A DNA stretch of 64,000 bases from Christensenellaceae bacterium (GTDB lineage: Bacteria > Bacillota > Clostridia > Christensenellales > Borkfalkiaceae). Made by a program: the position numbers and the translations under genes. Shown piece by piece: positions 45,669-54,827 of the stretch. Each line of letters opens with the position of its first letter. Position 1 is the first letter of the stretch. The stretch spans positions 10,396 through 74,395 of the forward strand of contig JAZRIO010000017.1 in NCBI GenBank assembly GCA_045645305.1, read 5' to 3'. Below the pieces are notes generated by a model. It was not told the DNA's origin, made no database searches, and saw only the letters and a program-made list of their open reading frames with translations.

Positions 45669-47029
45669 CGGCAGAAAAAACACACATTAAAGACTTTACA
45701 AAAGGCAAAATTTTTAAGCCGTTGCTTATTTTTGCCGCCCCGCTATTTTTATCTAACCTTTTACAACTAGTCTACAACATGGTGGACATGATTGTGGTTG
45801 GGCACGTTCTAAAAGAAAACGGCTCTGCCGCTGTTTCAGTCGGTGGAGATGTCGTTAATTTTTTAACCGTTGTTGCAATGGGTTTTGGATTTGCCGTTCA
45901 GGTTATTATTGCACGATATATCGGCAGTGGTGAACGAAAAAAGATAGGCGCATTCGTTGGCACAATGGGTGGGTTTTTGTTTGTTTGCGCTATCGTTGTA
46001 AGCATTATATCCATAGTATTTCAAGACGGAATATTAAGGCTTATGAACACGCAAGAGGGCGCTTTTCAAGGCGCAAAGGACTATTCTTTAATTTGCATGC
46101 TCGGCTTAGTGTTTATATATGGGTATAACATTGTAAGTGCAATTTTAAGGGGTATGGGGGACTCTAAACACCCCTTCGTATTTATAAGCATTGCCGCGGG
46201 GTTAAACCTTGTTTTAGACTTATTGTTCGTTGTCGTGTTCAATATGGGAACGGCAGGCGCGGCGCTTGCAACCGTAATAAGTCAAGCGGTAAGTTTTATC
46301 GTGTCGGTAATATTTTTGGCGACTAAAAGACGGCAGTTTGAACTAGACATAAAATTTTCCGCGTTTTTTAAGTGGAACAAACCCATGTTTATAGCGCTAT
46401 TAAAACTTGGTATTCCGCTTGTAATTCGTTCGGCAGCGGTGCATATATCAAAACTGTTTGTAAACTCTTATATAAATGGATATAGTTTAGAGGTAATGAC
46501 CTTTTCGGGTATAGCGCATAAGATTGCATACATAGTAAACCAACTTGCATTATCAGTTTCAACTGCTGGTTCTACAATGGTTGGGCAAAATATTGTGGTT
46601 GGGAAGTATGATAGGTGTAAAAAGGTTATGGGGTGTATAGCCATTGTAACCGTGTCGCTATCCACGATAATGAGTATAGCAATGATTTTATGCCCAACGC
46701 AGATATTTTCGCTGTTTATTTCTAAAGATGCAACGGGCGTTCTTGCATTAGTTGAAGGCTATATACCAATAGCACTGTTGCTTTTTGCTGCAACGGCACT
46801 GCGACCAATAACAAATGCACTTATTATGGGCAGTGCCAATAATGTGGTTAACTTTTCCACTGCAATACTTGATGGAATTGTTATGAGAATAGGGCTTGCG
46901 CTTTTGTTTGGGTTGTGGCTTGATATGGGGTATTACGGCTTTTGGCTTGGTGATGCTCTTGCAGGATTTACCCCATTTGTAGTGGGCGGAATATTCTTCC
47001 TTACAGGAAAGTGGAAAACAACCAAATAA
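45665..47029 (+). CDS. MATE family efflux transporter
   Basis: 12-TM 454-aa ORF with the MATE N-terminus (PLFLSNLLQLVYNMVDMIVVGH). ATGA overlap with the AraC gene. Confidence 0.85.
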   Translation: MTAEKTHIKDFTKGKIFKPLLIFAAPLFLSNLLQLVYNMVDMIVVGHVLKENGSAAVSVGGDVVNFLTVVAMGFGFAVQVIIARYIGSGERKKIGAFVGTMGGFLFVCAIVVSIISIVFQDGILRLMNTQEGAFQGAKDYSLICMLGLVFIYGYNIVSAILRGMGDSKHPFVFISIAAGLNLVLDLLFVVVFNMGTAGAALATVISQAVSFIVSVIFLATKRRQFELDIKFSAFFKWNKPMFIALLKLGIPLVIRSAAVHISKLFVNSYINGYSLEVMTFSGIAHKIAYIVNQLALSVSTAGSTMVGQNIVVGKYDRCKKVMGCIAIVTVSLSTIMSIAMILCPTQIFSLFISKDATGVLALVEGYIPIALLLFAATALRPITNALIMGSANNVVNFSTAILDGIVMRIGLALLFGLWLDMGYYGFWLGDALAGFTPFVVGGIFFLTGKWKTTK

Positions 47030-47032
47030 TAA

Positions 47033-47063
47033 AAACTGACCTTGCGATGCAAGGTCTTTTTTT
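47033..47063 (+). terminator. intrinsic terminator after the MATE gene
   Basis: Stem gaccttgc / gcaaggtc followed by T7. Confidence 0.75.
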
Positions 47064-47112
47064 GTATAGTTTTTCTCTTTTTGCGCACACTGAAAACAGG
47101 AGGGGAATATAT

Positions 47113-47298
47113 ATGGCAAATATGTTAACAACAAAAGAAGCAACGCTTATTTCCGACCTTTTAACGTTGGAAGAACTGGCTTGCAAAAAGGCAAAATACT
47201 ACTCAAAAACTTTTTTAGACCCTGAGACCGCGGAGTTTTTTAAGAAACTGGAAAAAAACCACGCAAAGCGCTTTAACGCGCTTTACGATATGCTTTAA
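47113..47298 (+). CDS. small helical protein, spore-coat-associated (partner of the CotF-like gene)
   Basis: 61 aa from the ATG with AGGAGGGG SD. The track start 47011 lies upstream of a terminator and is rejected. Confidence 0.45.
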   Translation: MANMLTTKEATLISDLLTLEELACKKAKYYSKTFLDPETAEFFKKLEKNHAKRFNALYDML

Positions 47299-47308
47299 GG
47301 AGAAAATT

Positions 47309-47599
47309 ATGTCAGAATTTAAAGAGATTTCTAAACTTAACGAAAAGGAAGGTTTTACCGATATTTTAACTCTAGAAAAGCATATTCTAAACGTGTATTC
47401 TATCGTTATGGCTGAAAGTGTTAGCGACGGGTTTAGGGCGATTGTAAACGAGCATTTAAACCAAACGGTAAGCGATCAATTTTCAGTATTTTTGCAAATG
47501 ACTGACCGCGGTTACTATAAAACCACCACAGCGGAAGAGCAAGAAGTAGAAAAAACGAGAGAAAGTTTTTCTAAAAGCCAACAACAAATAAATGAATAA
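47309..47599 (+). CDS. Coat F domain (CotF-like) spore coat protein
   Basis: 96 aa. The LNEKEGFTDILTLEKHILNVYSIVMAE pattern is typical of the Coat_F family. AAGGAG SD. Confidence 0.6.
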   Translation: MSEFKEISKLNEKEGFTDILTLEKHILNVYSIVMAESVSDGFRAIVNEHLNQTVSDQFSVFLQMTDRGYYKTTTAEEQEVEKTRESFSKSQQQINE

Positions 47600-47611
47600 C
47601 ACAAAAAATCC

Positions 47612-47640
47612 TTGCATTTTATAAAAAAATAGTATATAAT
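47612..47640 (+). promoter_or_regulatory. sigma-70 promoter of the preQ1 riboswitch-queT unit
   Basis: TTGCAT - 17 bp - TATAAT. The predicted TSS is about 47647. Confidence 0.55.
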
Positions 47641-47647
47641 CGGTTGC

Positions 47648-47690
47648 GTAAGAAGGTTTTCGGACAACACTTCTATAAAACAACCGAGAA
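47648..47690 (+). promoter_or_regulatory. preQ1-I riboswitch aptamer
   Basis: AGAAG-GUUUUCGGACAACA-CUUCU-AUAAAACAACCGAG. This gives a 5-bp P1, an A-rich tail, and a UCGG/CCGA pseudoknot P2. It parallels the B. subtilis queC aptamer AGAGGUUCUAGCUACACCCUCUAUAAAAAACUAA and lies upstream of queT. Confidence 0.75.
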
Positions 47691-47704
47691 AGTAAATAGA
47701 TTTT

Positions 47705-47742
47705 TTATCTCTTTCTCTGGTTTTAGGGAGAGAGATTTTTTT
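47705..47742 (+). terminator. expression-platform hairpin + U-run ending at the queT start codon
   Basis: atctctttctct / agggagagagat followed by T7. The 3' arm contains the GGGAGAGAG SD. Confidence 0.5.
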
Positions 47743-48246
47743 ATGAAAAATTCCTATGCAAAAACAATAGCCAAAATAGGCATAACGGCAGGGCTATACA
47801 CGGCAAGCACCTTGCTTGTTTTTCCAATTGCAAGTGGGGTTGTGCAAATAAGGGTTAGCGAAGCGCTTTGTTTATTGCCCCTCATATTTTTTGAAGCCGT
47901 TCCGGGGCTTTTTATTGGTTGCTTGCTTTCAAATATAATCACAGGTTGTGCACCTTTCGATGTAATATTGGGCAGTTTAATAACACTATTTGCGGGCGTA
48001 TTTACCTATATAATGGGTAAAACTGTTAAAAAAACCGCCTTAAAGATTTTCATCGGTGGGTTTTTCCCCGTGTTGATGAACGCCTTTTTGCTTCCCTTAA
48101 TTTGGCTTTTATACGGCGCGGGCGAGCAAGCATATATGGTGCAAGTTGCATTTTTAACGATCGGCCAAACGGTATCCGTTTACGCACTTGGAACGCCATT
48201 ATACTTAAAACTAAATTCCTTAAAAAAGAAAGGCAAATTATTTTAG
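47743..48246 (+). CDS. queT: queuosine-precursor transporter QueT
   Basis: 167 aa, 5-6 TM. IRVSEALCLLP motif and a preQ1 riboswitch upstream. The track start 47644 overlaps the riboswitch and is rejected. Confidence 0.8.
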   Translation: MKNSYAKTIAKIGITAGLYTASTLLVFPIASGVVQIRVSEALCLLPLIFFEAVPGLFIGCLLSNIITGCAPFDVILGSLITLFAGVFTYIMGKTVKKTALKIFIGGFFPVLMNAFLLPLIWLLYGAGEQAYMVQVAFLTIGQTVSVYALGTPLYLKLNSLKKKGKLF

Positions 48247-48250
48247 TAAC

Positions 48251-48285
48251 AAAAAAACTCTTTTCAAAAACGAAAAGAGTTTTTA
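48251..48285. terminator. bidirectional intrinsic terminator
   Basis: Stem actcttttc / gaaaagagt with flanking A/T runs. Confidence 0.7.
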
Positions 48286-48288
48286 CTT

Positions 48289-48504
48289 TTATTCTACCAC
48301 TTTGAACGGGTGGTACAATGCCCAAACGAACAAGAGCCACAATGCAGAGATGCCAACGAGTGAATAAATCAATCTTGACACAACTGCGGTAGCACCGCTT
48401 CCGAAAATAAAAGCGACAAGGTTAAAGTCGAATATACCGACTAAAAGCCAAACGAGTGCACCCACGATAACGAGAGTGAACGCAATAATCGAAGAAATTT
48501 TCAT
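48289..48504 (-). CDS. DUF378-type small membrane protein
   Basis: 71 aa from MKISSIIAF with AAGGAGGG SD. Two TM helices and the GIFDFNLV motif. Confidence 0.7.
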   Translation of the reverse strand: MKISSIIAFTLVIVGALVWLLVGIFDFNLVAFIFGSGATAVVSRLIYSLVGISALWLLFVWALYHPFKVVE

Positions 48505-48557
48505 ACGCCCTCCTTTTACTATAAGGTTGCGCAAAAAATTAAAAAGTATGCAAGATA

Positions 48558-48818
48558 TTAAATTAGTGCGTTCTCTAAAACCAATTTGTCAAAAGAGATT
48601 TGCTCAACAAAATCCGACTGCGTAAAGCGAACATTGTTATACTTTGCATAGTTAAACAAGTGTGTTTTAATTAAAACGGGGGTGGCAATATCAAGATTTG
48701 CGCAAATTTCGGTTAAATAATCAAAAAATTGCGAATAGTCTATGCTTTCAAACCGTTCAAACATATATTGATTAATAATTTTGTCGTTTTTTATAACTTT
48801 TGCCCAAATGCGAACCAT
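48558..48818 (-). CDS. hypothetical protein, 86 aa
   Basis: ORF with AGAGGTAA SD. No recognised motif. Confidence 0.5.
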   Translation of the reverse strand: MVRIWAKVIKNDKIINQYMFERFESIDYSQFFDYLTEICANLDIATPVLIKTHLFNYAKYNNVRFTQSDFVEQISFDKLVLENALI

Positions 48819-48948
48819 AATTACCTCTAACTGTAAATTATTGTATCACAAAACCTGTCTTAAAATCAACATAATAATTGACAAACGCGCTCAAAAATAA
48901 TACAATGTATAATAAGTGGAAAATTTTTCGCCTAAAAAGGAGATAAAA

Positions 48949-49440
48949 ATGAAAAACCTTAAAGACCAATTAATAGATTTACTTACTGAAAACGCAAGAT
49001 ATTCGAACGCGCAACTTTCAGCCATTATCGGCGTTGCGGTTGAAGATATAGAAAACGCACTAAAAGAACTTGAAGCGGATGGCGTTATCGTTAAATACGC
49101 CGCCATTTTAAATACCGAAGCAATGGAAAAGAAAAAGGTGCAAGCCTTGATTGAAGTTAAGGTTGCTCCCCAAAAACTCAAAGGCTTTGATTCGTATGCC
49201 GAAGAAATTTATCACTTCCCCGAAGTTCAAAGTTTGTATTTGATGAGCGGTGGTTTTGACCTTGCCGTGTTCGTTGAAGGTGTTAATATCACCGACGTTG
49301 CGATGTTCGTTTCGGAAAAATTAAGCGTAATTGATGGAATAGTTAGCGTGCAAACACACTTCATATTGAAGAAGTATAAGATAGAAGGGCAGGTTACCCG
49401 CCCGTCGGAAGAGGGTAAAAGACAGTTAATTCAAGCATGA
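48949..49440 (+). CDS. Lrp/AsnC family transcriptional regulator
   Basis: N-terminal HTH (LLTENARYSNAQLSAIIGV) plus a RAM/ACT-like domain. AAGGAG SD at the internal ATG. Confidence 0.8.
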   Translation: MKNLKDQLIDLLTENARYSNAQLSAIIGVAVEDIENALKELEADGVIVKYAAILNTEAMEKKKVQALIEVKVAPQKLKGFDSYAEEIYHFPEVQSLYLMSGGFDLAVFVEGVNITDVAMFVSEKLSVIDGIVSVQTHFILKKYKIEGQVTRPSEEGKRQLIQA

Positions 49441-50609
49441 GAGATTTTTTAAGTGATAGAGCAAAAAATATCAAGCCGTCTGGCATAAGGAAATTTTTTG
49501 ACATCGTTTCCGAAAGGAAAGACGTTATATCCTTAGGCGTTGGCGAGCCTGATTTTATAACGCCGTGGGAAATACGCGATGCAGGTATCGGCGCAATCAA
49601 AAGGGGATACACACAGTATACTTCCAATAAAGGTTTGCCCGCACTCCGCAAGGAAATATCCGCTTATCTAAAAGAAGTATTTTCAGTTGATTACGGCGCT
49701 GATGATATGATTATAACGGTGGGCGCAAGCGAGGCGATTGACCTTGTGTTTAGGGCAACCATTAACGAGGGGGATGAAGTTTTAATTCCCGACCCGAGTT
49801 ATGTTTCGTATAAGCCGTGTGTGGAACTTTTAGGTGGTGTGCCTGTGTCCGTTCCGTGCAGTGGTAAAAACGGATTTAAGTTGACAAAGGAAGCGCTAGA
49901 GAGCGTTATCACACCCAAGACCAAAGCGCTTGTTTTTCCCTACCCCAACAACCCCACAGGCGGTATTATGAGCAAGGAAGACATTGAAAAAATTCTTCCC
50001 GTTCTTAAAGAGCACGAAATACTTCTTATCGCCGATGAGATTTATGCTGAACTTACTTACGGCAAACAGCATTGCTCGCTTGCAAGTTTTGATGAACTCA
50101 AAGATAGAGTGGTGTTAATAAGTGGTTTTTCAAAAGCATTTGCAATGACAGGTTGGCGTATCGGTTACGTTTGCGCAAAAGAGCCAATCTTATCAACAAT
50201 GCTTAAAATTCACCAATACTCAATAATTTGCGCACCAATTTTTTCGCAGTATGCCGCATTAGAAGGCTTAAAGAAAGGCAGAACAAACGGCTATGCTTCG
50301 GTAAAAGCAATGTGTGATGAGTATGATAAAAGGCGTATGTTTATGCTTCGCACCTTTAAGGAAATGGGGCTTGATTGCTTTGAGCCTGAAGGCGCGTTCT
50401 ATATATTCCCGTGTGTAAAGAGCACGGGTATGACAGGAGAGCAGTTTGCGACCGCACTTTTAGAAGCAAAGCAAGTTGCCGTTGTCCCCGGTGATGCTTT
50501 CGGTGAGTTTGGTAGAGATTATGTAAGGTGTTCTTACGCATATTCAATGAAAGATTTGTCCATTGCAACCCAAAGAATAGGGGAATTTGTTAAAGGACTT
50601 AAAGGATAA
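49437..50609 (+). CDS. class I/II PLP-dependent aminotransferase (aspartate/aromatic type)
   Basis: SGFSKAFAMTGWRIGY PLP-lysine motif and PNNPTG. ATGA overlap with the Lrp gene. Confidence 0.85.
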   Translation: MRDFLSDRAKNIKPSGIRKFFDIVSERKDVISLGVGEPDFITPWEIRDAGIGAIKRGYTQYTSNKGLPALRKEISAYLKEVFSVDYGADDMIITVGASEAIDLVFRATINEGDEVLIPDPSYVSYKPCVELLGGVPVSVPCSGKNGFKLTKEALESVITPKTKALVFPYPNNPTGGIMSKEDIEKILPVLKEHEILLIADEIYAELTYGKQHCSLASFDELKDRVVLISGFSKAFAMTGWRIGYVCAKEPILSTMLKIHQYSIICAPIFSQYAALEGLKKGRTNGYASVKAMCDEYDKRRMFMLRTFKEMGLDCFEPEGAFYIFPCVKSTGMTGEQFATALLEAKQVAVVPGDAFGEFGRDYVRCSYAYSMKDLSIATQRIGEFVKGLKG

Positions 50610-50632
50610 ACAATTCAAAAGAGGAAACTTTT

Positions 50633-51829
50633 ATGGATAAGGTAATAGTAGTTGGTGCTGGTATATCCGGCGCAACGATAGCAAGGCTTTTTGCTGAAAA
50701 CGGTTATTCGGTTACGGTGGTTGATAAAAGAGACACCATTGGTGGCAACGCTTTCGATTACAGAAATAAAAATGGAATAATCGTGCAACCATACGGCCCG
50801 CATATATTCCACACGAATAGCGATAGGGTTTATAAGTTTTTGACAAAGTATACCGATTGGAGAGAATATCGCCATAAGGTGCTTGCAAAAATCAGAAAGG
50901 ACAAACTTGTTCCCGTGCCTTTTAACCTTAACTCTTTGCATACCGCCTTTTCTAAAAAGAAAGCGGATAAAATAGAAGCGATTTTAATTAAAGAGTTTGG
51001 CGAAGGTGCAAGGCTTAATGTAATGGACCTTAAAAACCACCAAAATCCCGAAATTAAAGATTTTGGCGAGTATGTTTACAAGCATATTTTCTATATCTAC
51101 ACAATGAAGCAATGGGGGTATAAACCCGAGCGATTGAGTGAAGAAGTTATGGGTAGAGTGCCCGTTGTTCTCTCTTATAACGATGAATATTTTGATGATA
51201 AATATCAAGTTATGCCCGAAGATGGTTTTTCGGCAATGATATCCAACTTGTTGCGCCACCCCCACATAAAGATTAAGTTAAGAACGCCAGCCAAAACCGA
51301 TGCGTACCTTAACGAAGGTAATATCTATATCCGTGGAAAACTTTTTGACGGAATAGTTGTTTACACGGGTAGCATTGATGAAATGTTTGACTATAAATAC
51401 GGCGCGTTGCCATATAGAACTGTTAAGTTTAAGTTCGAATATAAAAAGTGCGTTTCTTACCAATCGTCAGCGGTAATAAACTACACGGTGTCTGGCAAAC
51501 AAACAAGGGTGACCGAGTTTTCAAAATTCACTTCAGAGCCGTCAAGCACGGGCACGATAATAGTGAGTGAAATTCCCAAAAAGCACAAAAAGGGAACAAA
51601 CGAACCATATTATCCAATCCCACTTGCTAAAAACAAAGAACTTTACAATAAGTATGCTGAAGATGCAAAGGAATATAAAAACTTGTTCCTTTTAGGTAGG
51701 CTTGGAAAATATAAATACATAAACCTTGACCAAGCGGTTGAGGATGCAATAGAACTCTTTGAGAAAATTACCGGAGAAGAAGTCGATGTCGATTTAATAA
51801 AGGAGACTAAAATAGGTAGGGGAGTTTAA
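50633..51829 (+). CDS. glf: UDP-galactopyranose mutase
   Basis: VVGAGISGATIA FAD motif, GPHIFHT and YPI motifs. 398 aa. Confidence 0.85.
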   Translation: MDKVIVVGAGISGATIARLFAENGYSVTVVDKRDTIGGNAFDYRNKNGIIVQPYGPHIFHTNSDRVYKFLTKYTDWREYRHKVLAKIRKDKLVPVPFNLNSLHTAFSKKKADKIEAILIKEFGEGARLNVMDLKNHQNPEIKDFGEYVYKHIFYIYTMKQWGYKPERLSEEVMGRVPVVLSYNDEYFDDKYQVMPEDGFSAMISNLLRHPHIKIKLRTPAKTDAYLNEGNIYIRGKLFDGIVVYTGSIDEMFDYKYGALPYRTVKFKFEYKKCVSYQSSAVINYTVSGKQTRVTEFSKFTSEPSSTGTIIVSEIPKKHKKGTNEPYYPIPLAKNKELYNKYAEDAKEYKNLFLLGRLGKYKYINLDQAVEDAIELFEKITGEEVDVDLIKETKIGRGV

Positions 51830-51833
51830 GAAA

Positions 51834-53021
51834 GTGGAGCAAGAAAGCATCAAGATTTTAGAACTAATTGACTGTTTTTATCCGTCGGTTGACGGCGCGA
51901 TAAACGTGGCAAAGTTTTACTGTCAAGAACTGAACAAGATTTCGCCTTGTCATTTGGCAACGGCAAAGGCTTCAAAAAAGTCACATTATGAAGACAAGGA
52001 ATCTTTTAAGGTCGAAAGGTGCAATTCGGTTAGTGCTCCCGAAAAATATAGATACCCTTTTCCCTTCTTTGATAACGACTTTAGAAAGCGAATAAAGAGT
52101 GGCAAATACGATATAATGCACACCCACTCTCCGTTCGCGCTTGGCAGGTTTGCTCTAAGGGTTGTTAAAAAACAAAACATCCCGTTGGTTGCAACCTTGC
52201 ACACCCAATACCACCAAGATTTTAAGCGGTATGTAAAGTTTAACTTTATAACAAGGCTTATGATTAGGTATTTAATGAAAGTTTTTAATCGTGCCGACAG
52301 CGTGTGGACAGTGAGTGAAAAATCGTGCGAAATCTTGCGCGATTACGGCTATAAAGGGGATATAAAAGTTGTTAGAAACGGCACGGATATGACCTATCCT
52401 GATAACCCCGCAGAGTTAATAAATAAGGTTAACGAATTGCACGCGTTAGAAGACCAAAACAATGTGTTGTTGTTCGTTGGGCGTATGGCTTGGTATAAAA
52501 ACCTTAAAATCATTTTAGATGCCTTAAAAATTATTAAGGACGGCGGAAAAGACTTTAAGGCGGTGTTTGTCGGCGGAGGGTTTGACTTTGATGAAGTTAA
52601 AAAATACGCCATTAGTTTGGGGCTTGAAAGCCACTGTATTTTCACGGGAGCGGTAAAGGACAAAAATCTTCTTCAAGCCTACTACTTAAGGGCTGATGTG
52701 CTTATGTTTCCATCAACCTTTGATATGGCACCTGTAACCGTTGTTGAGGCGGCGGCACATAATCTCCCCGCGATTATGACCAAAGGCTCTTGTTCGGCGG
52801 AGCAAGTTGTTGACGGCGAAAACGGTTTTTTGGCGGAAGAAAATGCTGAGAGTTTTGCAGATAGATTAAACTTTGTTATAGATAACCCCGAACTCTTAAA
52901 AAAAGCGGGCGATAATGCAAGAAAAACCTTGTATCGCAGTTGGGAAATGGTTGCAAAAGAAGTGCACCAAAATTACTTACAAATAATTAAAGAAAAAAGA
53001 GAAAAAACAAAAAACGCGTAG
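51834..53021 (+). CDS. GT4 family (GT-B) glycosyltransferase
   Basis: C-terminal E(x7)E-type region (PSTFDMAPVTVVEAAAHNLP...ENGFL). GTG start. TAG stop. Confidence 0.8.
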   Translation: MEQESIKILELIDCFYPSVDGAINVAKFYCQELNKISPCHLATAKASKKSHYEDKESFKVERCNSVSAPEKYRYPFPFFDNDFRKRIKSGKYDIMHTHSPFALGRFALRVVKKQNIPLVATLHTQYHQDFKRYVKFNFITRLMIRYLMKVFNRADSVWTVSEKSCEILRDYGYKGDIKVVRNGTDMTYPDNPAELINKVNELHALEDQNNVLLFVGRMAWYKNLKIILDALKIIKDGGKDFKAVFVGGGFDFDEVKKYAISLGLESHCIFTGAVKDKNLLQAYYLRADVLMFPSTFDMAPVTVVEAAAHNLPAIMTKGSCSAEQVVDGENGFLAEENAESFADRLNFVIDNPELLKKAGDNARKTLYRSWEMVAKEVHQNYLQIIKEKREKTKNA

Positions 53022-53045
53022 CAACTGCTACGCGTTTTAATTTTT

Positions 53046-53879
53046 TTATTTATATTGTGGCTCTTTGCCTTGCAAAATAAGAGCAAGGTTAGCACCCGCG
53101 TGTAAACCGATTTTTTCTTGACCTAAGCCATTATAATGTCCCCTTGCATAAGGGTTAATATAAGTGGGGTCGGGGATTAAATCTTCGGTAATACGCGTAA
53201 GCATCAAAAAGTCCTTGTCGATAAGGGGGAGAGTTTCTTGCGCATCAAAAATAACTTCATCGCGATCGGTTGTTGTAAACTTGCCAACCTTTATAATGCC
53301 GAACTTTTCTATGCCAAAATCTTTTTTAGCATTGTTTTTAAGTTCAATCATTTTGTCCATATAAGTTTGTTTTGTCGTGCCGGCAATAGCATCGCTTTCG
53401 CCCTGTAACCACGCGATATAGATTTTGTCAATTTCAAACTGCCCTTTAATGCACTCTACCGCCTTTTGCATCTTTTTCCAAGCGGTTAAATAAACAGGAT
53501 TATCGGGAAGCCAATCGTTAACTACGGTTGCGCCCTTTGCCGTATGTACGGCAATAACCTTTTTGCCAGTTAGTTCACTGTAAGTAGAGCAAAACTTGGG
53601 CACAAGGTTAATTCCCTTTGTGCAAGAAGCACCTAGCGCGTGCGCGGTTTGCCACTCTCTAATCTGGTCAGCAACACAGTCAATAGGAACATCCCAACCT
53701 TCACCGCCGTCTTTTTTTATAAATTCGCCAACGGGGTGTTTTAATGGTTGCAACTTGTCACCAAAAAAGTGATATTCATACGCGTTTTGAACGGGTGCGT
53801 TGTCGGTGGGGAGAGTTCCGCTTTGACCTTGCATATTGCTCTGCCCCATAAACCACAAAATATCAACTTTTTCTTTCAT
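53046..53879 (-). CDS. SGNH-like carbohydrate esterase (sialate O-acetylesterase/DUF303-like)
   Basis: N-terminal WFMGQSNMQGQ motif and WLQGESD. Confidence 0.7.
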   Translation of the reverse strand: MKEKVDILWFMGQSNMQGQSGTLPTDNAPVQNAYEYHFFGDKLQPLKHPVGEFIKKDGGEGWDVPIDCVADQIREWQTAHALGASCTKGINLVPKFCSTYSELTGKKVIAVHTAKGATVVNDWLPDNPVYLTAWKKMQKAVECIKGQFEIDKIYIAWLQGESDAIAGTTKQTYMDKMIELKNNAKKDFGIEKFGIIKVGKFTTTDRDEVIFDAQETLPLIDKDFLMLTRITEDLIPDPTYINPYARGHYNGLGQEKIGLHAGANLALILQGKEPQYK

Positions 53880-53880
53880 A

Positions 53881-54693
53881 TCATTTTCTCCTTTGCTTGT
53901 TGTTGATGTATTCTCTCGGCGAACAGTCGGTCAGCGACTTAAACACCTTTGAAAAGTAAAGAGGGTCGTTAAAACCGCACATAAAAGCAACCGTTTTAAT
54001 GCTCGTGTGTCCCTTTGCCATAAGCGAACAAGCGTGTTCTATCCTTACTGAATTAAGGTATTTAGAAAAGTTAGTTTTATACTGTTTTGTAAACACCGAA
54101 GATAGGTATTTGGGGCTATATGATAGAGCCTTGCACACAGAAGAAAGGGTAAGAGAAGGGTCGGAAAAATGCGCGTCAATATACTTTTTTGCCTCGGTTG
54201 CGCCGTTTGTTTCAAGGTCGGGCGCAGGTTCGTTAGAAATAATAGAGCCTATAACCGAATAGGTATAATAAAGCACGGCTTCCATCCTTAAATCGGTAAC
54301 CGATTGGCTCACGGGCAAGGCATTTTTCCACACGCTTAAAAGTTCGGTAACATTATCGAAAACACAGTTCTTTTGGCTTAACTTAAACTTGTCGGTAAGT
54401 GCCGATGCGCGAAGCCCTATGTAACTTATGTAATAATACTTAAACCCCGCCGACGGAATAAGCGAAAAGGTCTTACCAGGGAAGCAAAAAAATACGCTAC
54501 CTTTTGTAACTTTGTGCTCATTATATAAAGTTTTATAAATTCCCTCGCCTTCGATTACAAAATAAACCCTATAAACCGAAAGAATAGTGTTATTCTCTCC
54601 CACTTGGTTGGTTTCTAAAACAAAGTGTAAGGGTTGAAGGTCAAGTTCGGTGTTCCTTGATGGAACGAATTGACAAATATTTCTTTCAAACAT
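53881..54693 (-). CDS. AraC family transcriptional regulator (probably leaderless mRNA)
   Basis: C-terminal HTH pair (VAFMCGFNDPLYFSKVFK). The start is moved to ATG 54693 because a consensus promoter occupies 54700-54728 inside the track ORF. Confidence 0.8.
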   Translation of the reverse strand: MFERNICQFVPSRNTELDLQPLHFVLETNQVGENNTILSVYRVYFVIEGEGIYKTLYNEHKVTKGSVFFCFPGKTFSLIPSAGFKYYYISYIGLRASALTDKFKLSQKNCVFDNVTELLSVWKNALPVSQSVTDLRMEAVLYYTYSVIGSIISNEPAPDLETNGATEAKKYIDAHFSDPSLTLSSVCKALSYSPKYLSSVFTKQYKTNFSKYLNSVRIEHACSLMAKGHTSIKTVAFMCGFNDPLYFSKVFKSLTDCSPREYINNKQRRK

Positions 54694-54699
54694 AGTTTT

Positions 54700-54728
54700 A
54701 TTATATAAAAAACGAACCGCACTGTCAA
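54700..54728 (-). promoter_or_regulatory. consensus sigma-70 promoter placing the TSS on the ATG
   Basis: Minus strand: TTGACA - 17 bp - TATAAT - aaaact - ATG. Confidence 0.55.
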
Positions 54729-54827
54729 TCAATACTTACTATTTTCCATATTTATAGGGAAAAAAGTTATTTACAAGATGTTTTATTGGTGGTAAAATAA
54801 AATCACAAAAATAAACGGAGATTTATT

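Noticed and set aside
47011-47112. Long N-terminal extension of the small coat-associated ORF (track start 47011)
   Set aside because: It would be translated across the MATE gene's intrinsic terminator (47033-47063). A strong AGGAGGGG SD precedes the internal ATG at 47113.
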